The notes: generated from the sequence alone by a model not told the origin. 64,000 nt of DNA from an uncultured Gemmatimonadales bacterium (GCA_963783305.1 CAWAMW010000007.1:352001-416000); one strand, 5' to 3'; positions 10,279 through 20,270 are shown, numbered from the stretch's first letter. Translations and numbers: made by a program.

Positions 10279-12087
10279 TCAGCCCACGCCCGGGATCCGC
10301 TCCGACACCGACGCCCACATCTCCTTGGCCGTCTGGCGGAAGATCCCCTTCATGTGCGGGTCGCCCTTCAGCATCGACTGCCAGAAATGGCGCGCCTGCT
10401 CGATGGAGATGTGGGGCGGGAGGGGCGGCACGCTGGGATCCGTAACGAAATCAATGACGGTGGGCCGGTCCGCTCTCAGCGCCTCCTGCCACGCCTGGGC
10501 GATGGACTCCGGACGCTCGACGCGGATGCCGTTGAGTCCGAGACGGGTGGCATAGTCGGCGAAGTGGATGTCGGGGAGGTCCTGGGTGATTTCGTATTCC
10601 GGGTCGCCGGCGAGGACGCGCTGCTCCCAGGTGACCTGGTTGAGGTCCTGGTTGTTGAGGACGCCGATGATGAGGCGCGGGTCCTCCCACTGCTCCCAGT
10701 ACTTGGCGATGGTGATGAGGCCGTTGATGCCGTTCATCTGCATGGCGCCATCGCCGACCATGGCGATGGTGGGGCGACCGGGCCAGCAGAACTTTGACGC
10801 GATGGCGTAGGGGACGCCGGGCCCCATGGTGGCCAGGTTGCCGGAAAGCGACGCCATCATGGACGGCTTCACCTTCACGTCCCGGGCCCACCAGTTGGCG
10901 GAGGAGCCGGAGTCGCAGGTGAGGATGACGTCGTCGGGGAGCCGCGATGACATCTCCCAGAAGACACGTTGCGGATTGATGGGATCCGCATCCGACATGG
11001 CGCGGTCCTCCATAATGCGCCACCACTCCTTCACGTCTTCCTCGACCTTCTCCCGCCAGCCGCGGTCGCTCTTCTTCTCCAGCATGGGGATCAGCGCCTG
11101 GAGCGTCTCCCTGGAGTCCCCGTGGAGGTTGACGTCCATGGGGTAGCGGAGCCCGAGCATGCGTCCATCGATGTCGATCTGGACACCCATGGCGGAGCCT
11201 TCCTTGGGCAGGAACTCGGAATAGGGGAAGCTGGAGCCGACCATGAGGAGGGCATCGCAGTCCTGCATGAGGTTCCAGCTCGGGCGAGTGCCCAGGAGTC
11301 CGATGGAGCCGGTGACGTAGGGCAGGTGGTCGTCGAGGGCGGCCTTTCCGAGCAGCGCCTTGGCGACGCCGGCGCCGAGCCGGTCGGCCACCTGCATGAC
11401 CTCCTCGGTGGCGCCGAGGGCGCCAGCGCCCACGAGCATGGCCACCTTCTCCGCCCCGTTCAGGATGTCGGCCGCGCGCTGGAGATCCTCGTCCTGAGGG
11501 ATGATCCGCGGGTGGCTGTAGCCCACGCCGGAATGGATGGAGCCGTGGTCGTGGGGCGGCTTCTCGATGGCGTCCATCTCGCCCACGTTGTTGGGCACGA
11601 TGATGGTGCAGACCGCGCGCTCGGCCTTGGCGATCCGCATGGCGCGGTCGACGAGGTGGCGCATCTGGGCGGGGTGGGAGCACATGTGGACGTAGTGCGG
11701 GGAGACGTCCTTGAAGAGGGTGATGAGGTCGACCTCCTGCTGGTAGTCGCCGCCGAGGGCGCGACTGTCCTGCTGGCCGACGATGGCCACGACCGACTGG
11801 TGGTCCATCTTGCCGTCGTAGAGGCCGTTGAGGAGGTGGATGGCGCCGGGCCCGGAGGTGGCGAGGCAGACGCCGACCTCACCGGTGAACTTGGAGTGGG
11901 CCGTGGCCATGAAGGCGGCCAGCTCCTCGTGGCGGGACTGGACGAACTCCATCTCGTGGTCCGTCCCCTCCGCGCCCTCGAGGGCGCCCATGATGGCGTT
12001 GATCCCATCGCCGGGGAAGCCGTAGATGCGGTTCACACCCCACTCGTGGAGGCGTTCGATCATGAAGTCGGCGACGGTCTTGCTCAT
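10279..12087 (-). CDS. Thiamine pyrophosphate-requiring enzyme, pyruvate oxidase/dehydrogenase-like
   Basis: YGFPGDGIN, RHEE, TSGPGAIHLLNGLYD and the GDGAMQM...LNN TPP motif. Confidence 0.93.
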   Translation of the reverse strand: MSKTVADFMIERLHEWGVNRIYGFPGDGINAIMGALEGAEGTDHEMEFVQSRHEELAAFMATAHSKFTGEVGVCLATSGPGAIHLLNGLYDGKMDHQSVVAIVGQQDSRALGGDYQQEVDLITLFKDVSPHYVHMCSHPAQMRHLVDRAMRIAKAERAVCTIIVPNNVGEMDAIEKPPHDHGSIHSGVGYSHPRIIPQDEDLQRAADILNGAEKVAMLVGAGALGATEEVMQVADRLGAGVAKALLGKAALDDHLPYVTGSIGLLGTRPSWNLMQDCDALLMVGSSFPYSEFLPKEGSAMGVQIDIDGRMLGLRYPMDVNLHGDSRETLQALIPMLEKKSDRGWREKVEEDVKEWWRIMEDRAMSDADPINPQRVFWEMSSRLPDDVILTCDSGSSANWWARDVKVKPSMMASLSGNLATMGPGVPYAIASKFCWPGRPTIAMVGDGAMQMNGINGLITIAKYWEQWEDPRLIIGVLNNQDLNQVTWEQRVLAGDPEYEITQDLPDIHFADYATRLGLNGIRVERPESIAQAWQEALRADRPTVIDFVTDPSVPPLPPHISIEQARHFWQSMLKGDPHMKGIFRQTAKEMWASVSERIPGVG

Positions 12088-12153
12088 GGAGTTATCCGGG
12101 GATGGTGTGAGGGTCTGGCTGCGTTGGCGCGCTTCCGGTACCGCCGGGTCTGG

Positions 12154-12531
12154 TCATCGGACGGGGAACGCGATGGTGCTGATGAGGGCGTTCTCGGCCT
12201 GCCGCGAGTCCAGACGCGTGTGCTGGACGATGATCGGGACGTCCGACTCGATGACGCTGGCGTAGTCGGTGCCGCGGGGTACGGGCTCGGGGTCGTCCAG
12301 GTCGTTGAACCGGAGGTGTCGCGTCCGTCGGGCCGGGACCTCGACCTGGTAGGGGCCGACCGGCTCGCGGTCGGAGAAGTAGAGGGTGATGCGCACGTGG
12401 GCGTCGTCGTCGGAGGCGTTCAGGAGACAGGCCGTCTCGTGGGAGGTGAATGCCGGCTCGGGGCCGTTGCTCCAATCGGGAATGTAGCCTTCGGCGATGG
12501 CCCACACCCGTCTTCCTGCTGCCTCCCGCAT
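12154..12531 (-). CDS. Anabaena sensory rhodopsin transducer (ASRT) family protein
   Basis: WAIAEGYIP, SHETACLLN, VPARRTRHLRFNDL and IESDVPIIVQHTRLDSRQ. GGAGG RBS. Confidence 0.9.
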   Translation of the reverse strand: MREAAGRRVWAIAEGYIPDWSNGPEPAFTSHETACLLNASDDDAHVRITLYFSDREPVGPYQVEVPARRTRHLRFNDLDDPEPVPRGTDYASVIESDVPIIVQHTRLDSRQAENALISTIAFPVR

Positions 12532-12828
12532 GGTGCCTCCGTGGCGGCGAAAACCTCCAGATCGGGCCGGAGCGATCATTGGATCGGAGGGCGTTCAGCG
12601 CTTTGCGGCAGCCCCGTTCCGAGCCCGTGTCGGTCGGCCAGAGGAGGCGGCAATATCCATTCCCCGCGAGCGGGCCGCCGGCCGGTACCGGGGTGGGTTC
12701 CGTCGGCGCGGTGTGGTAGGCCGGCTGGCCGGAGTGAGCCGCGGTCGCTACCGTTGCCGCTCCGGTGAGCCCCCGGGCCCCACCGTGATGGTGGGACGCG
12801 CTCGAGCGAACGGGGCAAAGGGGCGAGG

Positions 12829-13797
12829 ATGTCAGAGGCAGCGGAAGGTGGGATCGGGCGCGGCCACGCGCGGGTGCTGCGGGCGGCCGCGGTCGTGACG
12901 TTCCTGCTGGTGGTGATGGGGGGTACGGTCTGCGTCACGGGCTCGACGCTCGGGTGCCCGGACTGGCCGGCGTGCTACGGCCGGCTGGTGCCGCCGGCCC
13001 GGGCCGATTCCATCATCGAGTACACGCACCGGTTCCTGGCGCTGCTCGCCGGCCCGCTCGTCCTGGCGGCGGCGGCTCTGGGGCTGTGGCGGGCCCGGGG
13101 GGCGCACTGGATCAGCCGGGCGCCCATCCTCGCCGTGGCCCTGTTCGCCGCCGTGGCGGTGTTCGGCGCGTTCGCGGTGCTGACGGGGCTGCCCCCGATC
13201 CTGGCGGCCGTGGACCTGGGCAGCGCGCTGATGGCTCTCGCGCTCCTCCTCGCCGCCGCCGAGACGGCGCGACTCGCGAACGCCCGGGGCGTCCGACCCG
13301 GCGGGCTCCGGATCGCAGGCCCAGTGGGGACCGCGGCCGCCGCCACGGCGGTCGCCGTGTTCTTCGTGCTGGTCCTGGGGGTCCTCGTGGCGGAGCCGGG
13401 ATCGATCGTCCGGTGCCTCGGCTGGCCGCTGTACGCGGGTGGCGAAGCGGTTGCCGCGACGCGAGCGGGGCTGCTCCAGCCGGTACGCCTCGGGCTCTCG
13501 GGCCTCGCCGTGGCCGGGGTGGTCCTGCTGCCGGTGCTCGCGTGGCGCGCGGGACCGGAGCACCGCGGGGCGGCGTGGAAGGCGACGGCGGCTGCCGGCC
13601 TCCTCGCGCTCGAGCTGCTCCTGGGCCTCCGCCTCGCCGCCGGTGGGGCGGGGAGCGCGTGGCTCGTTACGTACGTGGCGCTCGCCGCCGCGATCTGGAC
13701 TCAGCTGATCGTGCTGCTCGTGGATCTCGCGCTGCCGCAGCGGTCCGGAGCGGCTGCCGAGGCCCGGTCGGCCGAGGCGCCTGCGGGGGGCCAGTAG
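12829..13797 (+). CDS. COX15/CtaA (heme A synthase) family protein, divergent
   Basis: GCPDWPAC and IIEYTHR, 8 TM helices in two repeats. The other heme-ligand His residues are replaced. Confidence 0.8.
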   Translation: MSEAAEGGIGRGHARVLRAAAVVTFLLVVMGGTVCVTGSTLGCPDWPACYGRLVPPARADSIIEYTHRFLALLAGPLVLAAAALGLWRARGAHWISRAPILAVALFAAVAVFGAFAVLTGLPPILAAVDLGSALMALALLLAAAETARLANARGVRPGGLRIAGPVGTAAAATAVAVFFVLVLGVLVAEPGSIVRCLGWPLYAGGEAVAATRAGLLQPVRLGLSGLAVAGVVLLPVLAWRAGPEHRGAAWKATAAAGLLALELLLGLRLAAGGAGSAWLVTYVALAAAIWTQLIVLLVDLALPQRSGAAAEARSAEAPAGGQ

Positions 13798-13809
13798 ATC
13801 GCTGAACGG

Positions 13810-14111
13810 GGGCGGGGAGCGAACGGTCGCTGCGCTCCCTGTCGATCGCTTCGGCCTGCGGCCTCGCTCGTCGATCTCCGCTGCGCTCCGTCTCTACTTC
13901 CACGTTTCGCCGCCACAGCCGGAAGGAAGAGCACACGCGCGTGCCCCGTCACAGCCGACGCCGCGCGCAGCGCGGTCGCCTCGCGCGAAGCGCGGGCGAT
14001 CGACCCCCCGCGCCCGCGGGGTCCTCGGGGAGCGAAGCGACCCCCGAGGATCGACCCCCGCGCCAGCGGGTCCCGAAGGGCGCGGAGCGACCGCAGGGAT
14101 CGACCCTCGAC
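13810..14111 (+). repeat. Modular intergenic repeat, copy A
   Basis: Shares the left end GGGCGGGGAGCGAAC..TCGCTG(C/T)GCTCCCTGTCGA and right end GCGGAGCGACCGCAGGGATCGACCCTCGAC with 44006-44177 and 61704-61978. Confidence 0.92.
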
Positions 14112-14220
14112 CCACCTCCCCTCGGCATTTCCAGCCGCGCGCACGCGGCCGCGCGCACGCGCAAGGCGGCAGCGCCCGCCGTGGAGGCCCGGCGTGAAGA
14201 CGGCGTCGCGACCCGGCCGA

Positions 14221-14529
14221 CTAGGGCGTCGTCTGCTCGGGCACGGGTCGCGGCGTTCCCGGGCCGTCGATGGCCGGGCGGGTGGCGACATCGAGCGTGG
14301 CCAGGACGATGAGGAGAATGACGAGGAGCACGGCGACCGAGGTGGCGATATGGGCGGGCGTGCGCTGGTCGAGGAGGTGCATGAAGAAGAGGGCGATGAG
14401 GATCGCCTTGGTGGCGGCGATGGTGATGGCGACCGGTACGCCCCAGCTGCCGAGCGGGGCGAACGAGAGGCCGAAGGTCAGGCCCGTGAGGGCGAGGAGC
14501 GCGGCGAAGGTCAGGACGTAGCTCTTCAC
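14221..14529 (-). CDS. ctaF: Cytochrome c oxidase subunit IV (caa3-type)
   Basis: 3 TM helices, IAATKAILIALFFMHL motif. GTG start after subunit III. Confidence 0.85.
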   Translation of the reverse strand: MKSYVLTFAALLALTGLTFGLSFAPLGSWGVPVAITIAATKAILIALFFMHLLDQRTPAHIATSVAVLLVILLIVLATLDVATRPAIDGPGTPRPVPEQTTP

Positions 14530-14537
14530 GGGTCCGG

Positions 14538-15245
14538 TCAGCGCATGAGGTAGAAGGCGGGCCAGACGAACAGCCAGACGATGTCGACGAAGTGCCAGTA
14601 CATGCCTCCGAGCTCGACGGGGGTGTGGTACGCGGCGTCGTAGTGGCGGCGCCAGCTCTGGACGGCGAGCCAGGACAGGATCACGATCCCGCCGGTAACG
14701 TGGACGGCGTGGAGCCCCGTGATGAGGTAGTAGAGGTTGAAGAACGCGCCCGCGCCCTGCTCCTGCAGCCCCTCGAAGTGGTAGTACCTGCCGGGCAGGA
14801 TCCCCTCCCGGATATGGCGCGCGTACTCCCAGAACTTGAGCACGAGGAAGACGACGCCGAGCCCGGCGCCTCCGGCGAGGAGCCCGGCCGTCGCCCGGGG
14901 CCGACCGTGTCGGGTGAAGTGGAGGGCGGTGGCGACGAGGAAGCTGGCGAGGAGCAGGACCACGGTCCCCGAGGAGCCCAGCCACAGGTTCGTATGGTGG
15001 GCGGCCTCCGCGAAGACCTCGGGGAAGGACGTGCGGTAGGAGGCGTAGAGGGCGAAGAGGGCGCCGAACATGAGGATCTCGCTGGCAATGAAGATCCACA
15101 TCCCGAAGTGGGCCGCGTGGGTCTGCCGGGTCATGTCCTCGAAGTGCTCCTCGAGGTGCGCGCCCGGCCCCTCCTCCGGCGCGCGGCGCACGCGGGCGGA
15201 GGCGGAGTGCAGGGTGTCGCCACCGGGAAGGCCGTCGCGGCTCAC
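14538..15245 (-). CDS. ctaE: Cytochrome c oxidase subunit III
   Basis: GMWIFIASEILMFGALF, TGLHAVHV and YWHFVDIVW. GTG overlaps the subunit I stop. Confidence 0.92.
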   Translation of the reverse strand: MSRDGLPGGDTLHSASARVRRAPEEGPGAHLEEHFEDMTRQTHAAHFGMWIFIASEILMFGALFALYASYRTSFPEVFAEAAHHTNLWLGSSGTVVLLLASFLVATALHFTRHGRPRATAGLLAGGAGLGVVFLVLKFWEYARHIREGILPGRYYHFEGLQEQGAGAFFNLYYLITGLHAVHVTGGIVILSWLAVQSWRRHYDAAYHTPVELGGMYWHFVDIVWLFVWPAFYLMR

Positions 15246-16876
15246 GCGTCCTCCTCCGCCCAGTAGTCGTGGGCCTCGCGGTTCCGGAAGTCGGGGGTGA
15301 TGGTGAAGTTGTGCGGTGGTGGCGGTGAGGGTGTGAGCCATTCGAAGCCGCGGGATCGCCACGGGTTGTCGCCGCTCACTGGCCCCTTCACGAGGGAGAC
15401 GATCAGGTAGCTCAGGATGAGCGACAGCCCGGCGGCGAAGGACCAGGAGCCCACGGTGGACACGGCGTGGAGGCTCTCGAACTCGGGGGGATAGTCGTGG
15501 AGCCGGCGCGGCATGCCGGCGTTGCCGAGGAGGAACTGGGGGATGAACGTGCCGAGGAACCCCATGAAGATGAACATTGCGCCGATCTTCCCGAGCGTCT
15601 CGTTGTAGAGCCGACCGAACATCTTCGGCCACCAGTAGTGGAGTGCGGCGAGGAAGGCGGTCATGGTGGCGCCCACCATGATGAAGTGGAAGTGCGCGAC
15701 GACGAAGTAGGTGTCGTGCCAGTGGACGTCGAGGGAAGTGGAGGCGAGCGCCACACCGGTGGTCCCGCCCACGCCGAAGAGGAAGAGGAACTCGAAGAAG
15801 TAGAGCATGGGTGTGTCCAGCGAGATGGACCCACCATAGAGCGTCCCTACCCACGAGAAGACCTTGATGGCGCTGAAGATGGAGACCCACATGGAGAGGA
15901 TCCCGAACGCGGCGCCGGCCGTGACGCTCATCCCTGACACGAACATGTGGTGGCCCCACGCCATGAAGCCGATGAACGCGATCCCGAGGGACGAGATCAC
16001 GAGGCCGCGGTACGTGTACGGGTTCTTCCGGCTGAAGGCGGAGACCACCTCGCTGATGACGCCCATCCCCGGCAGGATCATGATGTAGACGGCCGGGTGG
16101 GAGTAGAACCAGAAGAGGTGCTGGTAGATGAGCGGGTCGCCGCCGGTCCCGGGATCGAAGATGCCGAGCCCCCAGAGCTGATCCAGGACCACCAGCAGCA
16201 GGGTGATCCCGAGGACGGGCGTGGCCAGCGTCTGCATGATGGCGGTGGCGTAGATGGTCCAGACGAAGATCGGCAGCTTCCCCCACGTCAGGCCGCGGGC
16301 GCGCAGCGTGTGCGTGGTCACTACCAGGTTGATGCCGGTCATGATGGTGGACACGCCGAGCACGAAGACCCCGAGCCCCACCACCGCCACGTGGGAGAGC
16401 GTGTGGGTGGAGTAGGGGGTGTAGAACGTCCAGCCCGCGTCCACGCCGCCGGCCGCCAGACCGTAGAGGACGATGAAACCGCCGAGAAGGTAGACGTACC
16501 AGCTGGCCAGGTTGAGCCGCGGGAACGCGACATCCCGTGCGCCGATCATGAGCGGCACCATGAAGTTGCCGAACGTGGTCGGGATCGACGGAATCATGAA
16601 CAGCCATACCATGATGATCCCGTGGGCGGTGAAGAAGCGGTTGTACGTGCTCGCGCCCACGATGGTCTCGCCGGGGGTGAGCAGTTCCAGGCGGAGCAGG
16701 ATGGCGAAGGTGCCGCCGAGGGCGAGCATTGCGGCCGTGGAGATCAGGTAGAGGACGCCGATCCGCTTGTGGTCGGTGGTGGTGAGCCACGACCAGAGCG
16801 TCTTCTCGACGCCGAGGTACGACGGCCCGTGCGTCGTGGCCATCCGTGCGCCATGGCGGTCCACGGGCGTGCTCAT
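15242..16876 (-). CDS. ctaD: Heme-copper oxidase subunit I, type A2
   Basis: DHKRIG, TAHGIIM, DVAFPRLN, FWFYSHPAVY (YS motif of A2), WGHHMF and AHFH. Confidence 0.96.
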   Translation of the reverse strand: MSTPVDRHGARMATTHGPSYLGVEKTLWSWLTTTDHKRIGVLYLISTAAMLALGGTFAILLRLELLTPGETIVGASTYNRFFTAHGIIMVWLFMIPSIPTTFGNFMVPLMIGARDVAFPRLNLASWYVYLLGGFIVLYGLAAGGVDAGWTFYTPYSTHTLSHVAVVGLGVFVLGVSTIMTGINLVVTTHTLRARGLTWGKLPIFVWTIYATAIMQTLATPVLGITLLLVVLDQLWGLGIFDPGTGGDPLIYQHLFWFYSHPAVYIMILPGMGVISEVVSAFSRKNPYTYRGLVISSLGIAFIGFMAWGHHMFVSGMSVTAGAAFGILSMWVSIFSAIKVFSWVGTLYGGSISLDTPMLYFFEFLFLFGVGGTTGVALASTSLDVHWHDTYFVVAHFHFIMVGATMTAFLAALHYWWPKMFGRLYNETLGKIGAMFIFMGFLGTFIPQFLLGNAGMPRRLHDYPPEFESLHAVSTVGSWSFAAGLSLILSYLIVSLVKGPVSGDNPWRSRGFEWLTPSPPPPHNFTITPDFRNREAHDYWAEEDA

Positions 16877-17967
16877 GGCGTGCTCCGGAGGGAGCGGATG
16901 TACTCCACCAGCGCCGCGGCCTGCGCGGGCGTGAGCCTGCCCTGGAAACTGGGCATGATGGGATCGAACCCTTCGACGATCTTCCGCTGCGGATCCATCA
17001 TCGACTCCGTCAGATACGCGGGATCGGCCACCACGGTGTCTCCGCCGCTCAGCGGGACGCGGGCGCCGTAGAGTCCCAGCCAGGTCGGGGCCAGGTGTCG
17101 GCTGCCATCGGTGGTGTGGCAGCTGAAGCAGCCTTTTTCGGCCGCGATCGCCTGGCCGCGGCCAGGCAGCGTGAGGCGGTTGGGGCCCACCGCGGCCCCG
17201 GGCGCGATCACCCCCGGCTCGCCCGCGGAGGGCTCCTCCGCGATGTCGGGCGGGTACCCCTCGAGCCAGCGGTCAAACCGGTCGGCCGGAAGGACCACCA
17301 CCTCCGCCCACATGCGGCCATGTCCGTCGCCGCAGAACTCCGCGCACATGAGACGGTAGCGCCCCGTCTCGACGGGCTCGAACCAGATGGACGTGTAGCG
17401 GCCCGGTACCGCGTCCTGCTTGATCCGGAACGCGGGGATGAACAGCGAATGGATGACGTCCCGGGACGTGAGGATCAACCGCACCGGCCGGCCCACGGGC
17501 AGGTAGAGGGTGCCCACGGACTCCGGCCCGCCCGGATAGCTGAATTTCCACACCCACTGCCGTCCGACGGCGTAGATCTCGACGGCGTCGTCGGGCGGGT
17601 CATAGCGCTCGCGATACTGGGAGAACCCGATCATCCACCAGAGCATGAACATGCCCAGGAGCGCGAAGGCGATACCGAGCTCGAGCCACGCCGGCGCCCG
17701 GATCTCCCGCGTGCGCGGCGCCTCGCCGTCGGTGGAGCGGCGTCGGTAGCGGAGTACGAACCAGGCGCTGGCGCCGATCACCACGAAGCCGATGGCCCAG
17801 AAGACGACGAACTCGAAGTAGTGGAGCGAGTCCAGCGACCGCGCGTGGGCGGAGGCCTGGGGTGGGAGCAGAAGGAGCCTGTGGAGGAGGTTGCCCGCGG
17901 CCCCGAGGAAGTCGGAGAGCGCCGACGGGGGCTCGGCCAGCACGGCGGGGAGCGGGTGCACTGTCAT
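16873..17967 (-). CDS. ctaC: Cytochrome c oxidase subunit II with C-terminal cytochrome c (caa3-type)
   Basis: DVIHS, CuA motif CAEFCGDGHGRM, heme motif CFSCH and distal MP. ATG overlaps the actG stop. Confidence 0.94.
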   Translation of the reverse strand: MTVHPLPAVLAEPPSALSDFLGAAGNLLHRLLLLPPQASAHARSLDSLHYFEFVVFWAIGFVVIGASAWFVLRYRRRSTDGEAPRTREIRAPAWLELGIAFALLGMFMLWWMIGFSQYRERYDPPDDAVEIYAVGRQWVWKFSYPGGPESVGTLYLPVGRPVRLILTSRDVIHSLFIPAFRIKQDAVPGRYTSIWFEPVETGRYRLMCAEFCGDGHGRMWAEVVVLPADRFDRWLEGYPPDIAEEPSAGEPGVIAPGAAVGPNRLTLPGRGQAIAAEKGCFSCHTTDGSRHLAPTWLGLYGARVPLSGGDTVVADPAYLTESMMDPQRKIVEGFDPIMPSFQGRLTPAQAAALVEYIRSLRSTP

Positions 17968-18350
17968 GGCGCCGCCTGCGCACCACCGCTGCCCTCGGCG
18001 ATGAGCCGCATGGCCGCGGAGATGGGGATGCGCGCGAGCCCGCTGTCGATCTCCGACCACCCGTAGGCGTCGAGTGCCCGGCGACGGCGATCGCGGGCGG
18101 TCTCGGTGCTGGAGTCCTCCTCGATGAGCGTCGTGTTGAGCCGTCCGACTCGCGGCATGTCCCTCACCTCCTCGGTGCGCGGCGGCGTCCGGTCGGTGGA
18201 GAAGGCCGCTCCGGCGCCGCCCAGGACGGTGGCCCACCAGATCGCGGCCGCGGTGAGCAGGGCCACGACCGCGACGATGGCGCCGGCGCGCCGGCCGGGC
18301 ACGCGGTCCTCCTCCTGGAACAGGCCGGGGCGGCGCGGGGACTCACTCAC
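17964..18350 (-). CDS. actG: Alternative complex III small subunit, ActG-like
   Basis: Single TM, then LDAYGW...ARIPISAAMRLIA. Positioned after actF. Confidence 0.7.
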   Translation of the reverse strand: MSESPRRPGLFQEEDRVPGRRAGAIVAVVALLTAAAIWWATVLGGAGAAFSTDRTPPRTEEVRDMPRVGRLNTTLIEEDSSTETARDRRRRALDAYGWSEIDSGLARIPISAAMRLIAEGSGGAQAAP

Positions 18351-19557
18351 GGCGGTAGTCGATGGAGGTGGCGATGCGCGGGTCGCGCCAGGCGACCACG
18401 GAGTGGCCGGCCAGGCGCCACGCGCCGAACGCGACCGCGGGTGCGGTGACGAGGAGCAGCGCGGCGGGGTCGACCCAGTGGAGCTGGAGGTCCCGGCGGG
18501 CGAGGGCGGGGACCACGAGCCAGAACATGTCGATGTAGTGCATCAGCAGCATCCAGGCGGCGACGACGGCGAGGGATGGGCCCTGCTGCTTGAGTCGATA
18601 CGAGAGGAGCGCGGCGAACGGGAGCAGGAAGTGTCCGATCGCCAGGATGATGAGGACGACGCCCCAGCCGCCGCGGAGCCGGTCCAGGTACCAGCCCACC
18701 TCCCGGGGCAGGTCGGCGATGTAGATCAGGAATCCCTGGGAGAAGGCGATGTAGGCCCAGAAAATGGTGAACACGAGGAGGAGCCGCCCCAGGGCGTAGT
18801 AGTGGCCCTCGGCCACCTCGTCGCCGATGAGGTCGGCGCGCTGCGCACCCCATGTGAGGAGCGTGAGCGCGGCCAGGCCGCCGTACATCCCGCCCGAGAA
18901 CCAGTACACGCCGAAGATCGTGGACAGCCACGTGGGGTCGAGGGACATCAGCCAGTCGACGGCCGCGAAGGTCATGGTCACGCCCGCGGCGACGAGCCCC
19001 GGGCCGCTGAGCCGGACGGCGCGCGCGGCGGGGGCGGCGTCGGGGTCGCGGTCCTGCCGCAGCGACCATCGTCGCAGCGCCCACGCGAGGGCGGTCCAGA
19101 CGGCGAAATAGACGATCGCGCGGATGAGAAAGAACGGGACGTTCAGGTACGCCGCCTTGCGACCGATGGCCTCCAGCTCCGGCTCGGTGAACCCCACGAC
19201 CGGCGGCACCCACGGGTAAAGCCGCGCCATGCCCAGGAGCACGGGCAGGAGGAGGAGTGCGAAGAGCGGCAGGGTGGCGGCCACGGACTCGGCGAGGCGA
19301 CGGATCACGACGAACCAGCGGGCGTTGGTGGCGTGGGCGATCAGCACCATGAAGAGGGCGCCGAGGGCAATGGAGAGGCCGTACGCGTACGCGGCCAGGT
19401 AGCTGAAGAGGGCCCGCTCGGGCGCGACGATCAGGGCCAGCACGAAGACGAGGGCCGCCGCGGCGGTCACGATCAGCGCGGGGGCGATCACGCCGCGCGC
19501 GCGCCGCAGCACCCGCGGCTCCGCGGCGGGGCCGAGCTTCGAGCGCGACCGGCTCAC
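18343..19557 (-). CDS. actF: Alternative complex III membrane subunit ActF
   Basis: KAAYLNVPFFLIR, DWLMSLDPTWLSTIFG and FWAYIAFSQ, about 10 TM. Confidence 0.9.
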   Translation of the reverse strand: MSRSRSKLGPAAEPRVLRRARGVIAPALIVTAAAALVFVLALIVAPERALFSYLAAYAYGLSIALGALFMVLIAHATNARWFVVIRRLAESVAATLPLFALLLLPVLLGMARLYPWVPPVVGFTEPELEAIGRKAAYLNVPFFLIRAIVYFAVWTALAWALRRWSLRQDRDPDAAPAARAVRLSGPGLVAAGVTMTFAAVDWLMSLDPTWLSTIFGVYWFSGGMYGGLAALTLLTWGAQRADLIGDEVAEGHYYALGRLLLVFTIFWAYIAFSQGFLIYIADLPREVGWYLDRLRGGWGVVLIILAIGHFLLPFAALLSYRLKQQGPSLAVVAAWMLLMHYIDMFWLVVPALARRDLQLHWVDPAALLLVTAPAVAFGAWRLAGHSVVAWRDPRIATSIDYRRE

Positions 19558-20270
19558 GGGCCACCTCCGGGAACGGCGGCGCGGAACGCCCGACGGACGG
19601 AGTCGGGGAGCGCGTCGAGGTCGGCGCGCTGCGCGAGCTGGAGTGCCCGCACGTACGCGACGACCGCCCAGCGGTCGAGCACGTCGAGCTCCGCCGCGTA
19701 CGACGGCATGAGCCCGTACCCCTCCGTGATCGCGGCGAAGATGCGCCCGTCCGGGGCCTCCCGCAGCTCCTCTCGGAGCAGGGAGGGGGGCGGCCGAAGG
19801 GACATGTTCCCGGCGACCGGTGTGCGGGCCTGCCCGTCGATCCCGTGGCAGACGGCGCAGAAGATCCCGAAGCGGTCACGGCCGCGCTGGAGATCATCCA
19901 TGCCGAGTCGGAGCGGGATCCGCTGCACGAAGGGCGCGCGCTCGCGCCGCGGACCCGCGGGGCCGGCGGTGGCGGCGGGGACGAGCACGAAACTGTCCGG
20001 CCGCACGCGCCCCGTGAGCATGGCCGCATCACCGATCGCGGCGGCGCGGTGCACCGTGCCCGAAGGTGGGTGGCGCATGACCATGGAGTCGGGGAACAGC
20101 GCGGCGCCCTCGTACGCCCTGAACGACCGCTGGTCGATCATGCGTTCGAAGCTCCAGGTGACCGGCTGATCCTGCCAGTCGCACCCGGCGAGGAGGGCCG
20201 CGGCGGCGAGGGCCAGGAGCGCCGGCCGGGGTGCCGGAACGCGCCGGAAACGACGGGCGCGGGCGCTCAC
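19554..20270 (-). CDS. actE: Alternative complex III monoheme cytochrome c lipoprotein ActE
   Basis: Lipobox LLAGC, CAVCH and GYGLMPSYA. Confidence 0.9.
   Translation of the reverse strand: MSARARRFRRVPAPRPALLALAAAALLAGCDWQDQPVTWSFERMIDQRSFRAYEGAALFPDSMVMRHPPSGTVHRAAAIGDAAMLTGRVRPDSFVLVPAATAGPAGPRRERAPFVQRIPLRLGMDDLQRGRDRFGIFCAVCHGIDGQARTPVAGNMSLRPPPSLLREELREAPDGRIFAAITEGYGLMPSYAAELDVLDRWAVVAYVRALQLAQRADLDALPDSVRRAFRAAVPGGGP

Noticed and set aside
12154..12531. Light-sensing system implied by ASRT
   Set aside because: No 7-TM rhodopsin gene in the window.
13810..14111. Modular repeat as tRNA, attC array or CRISPR, and the ORFs overlapping it (13701-14291, 43821-44258, 61621-62052)
   Set aside because: No cloverleaf, no GTTRRRY cassette array or integrase, and no unique spacers. 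The shared peptides are just translations of the repeat.
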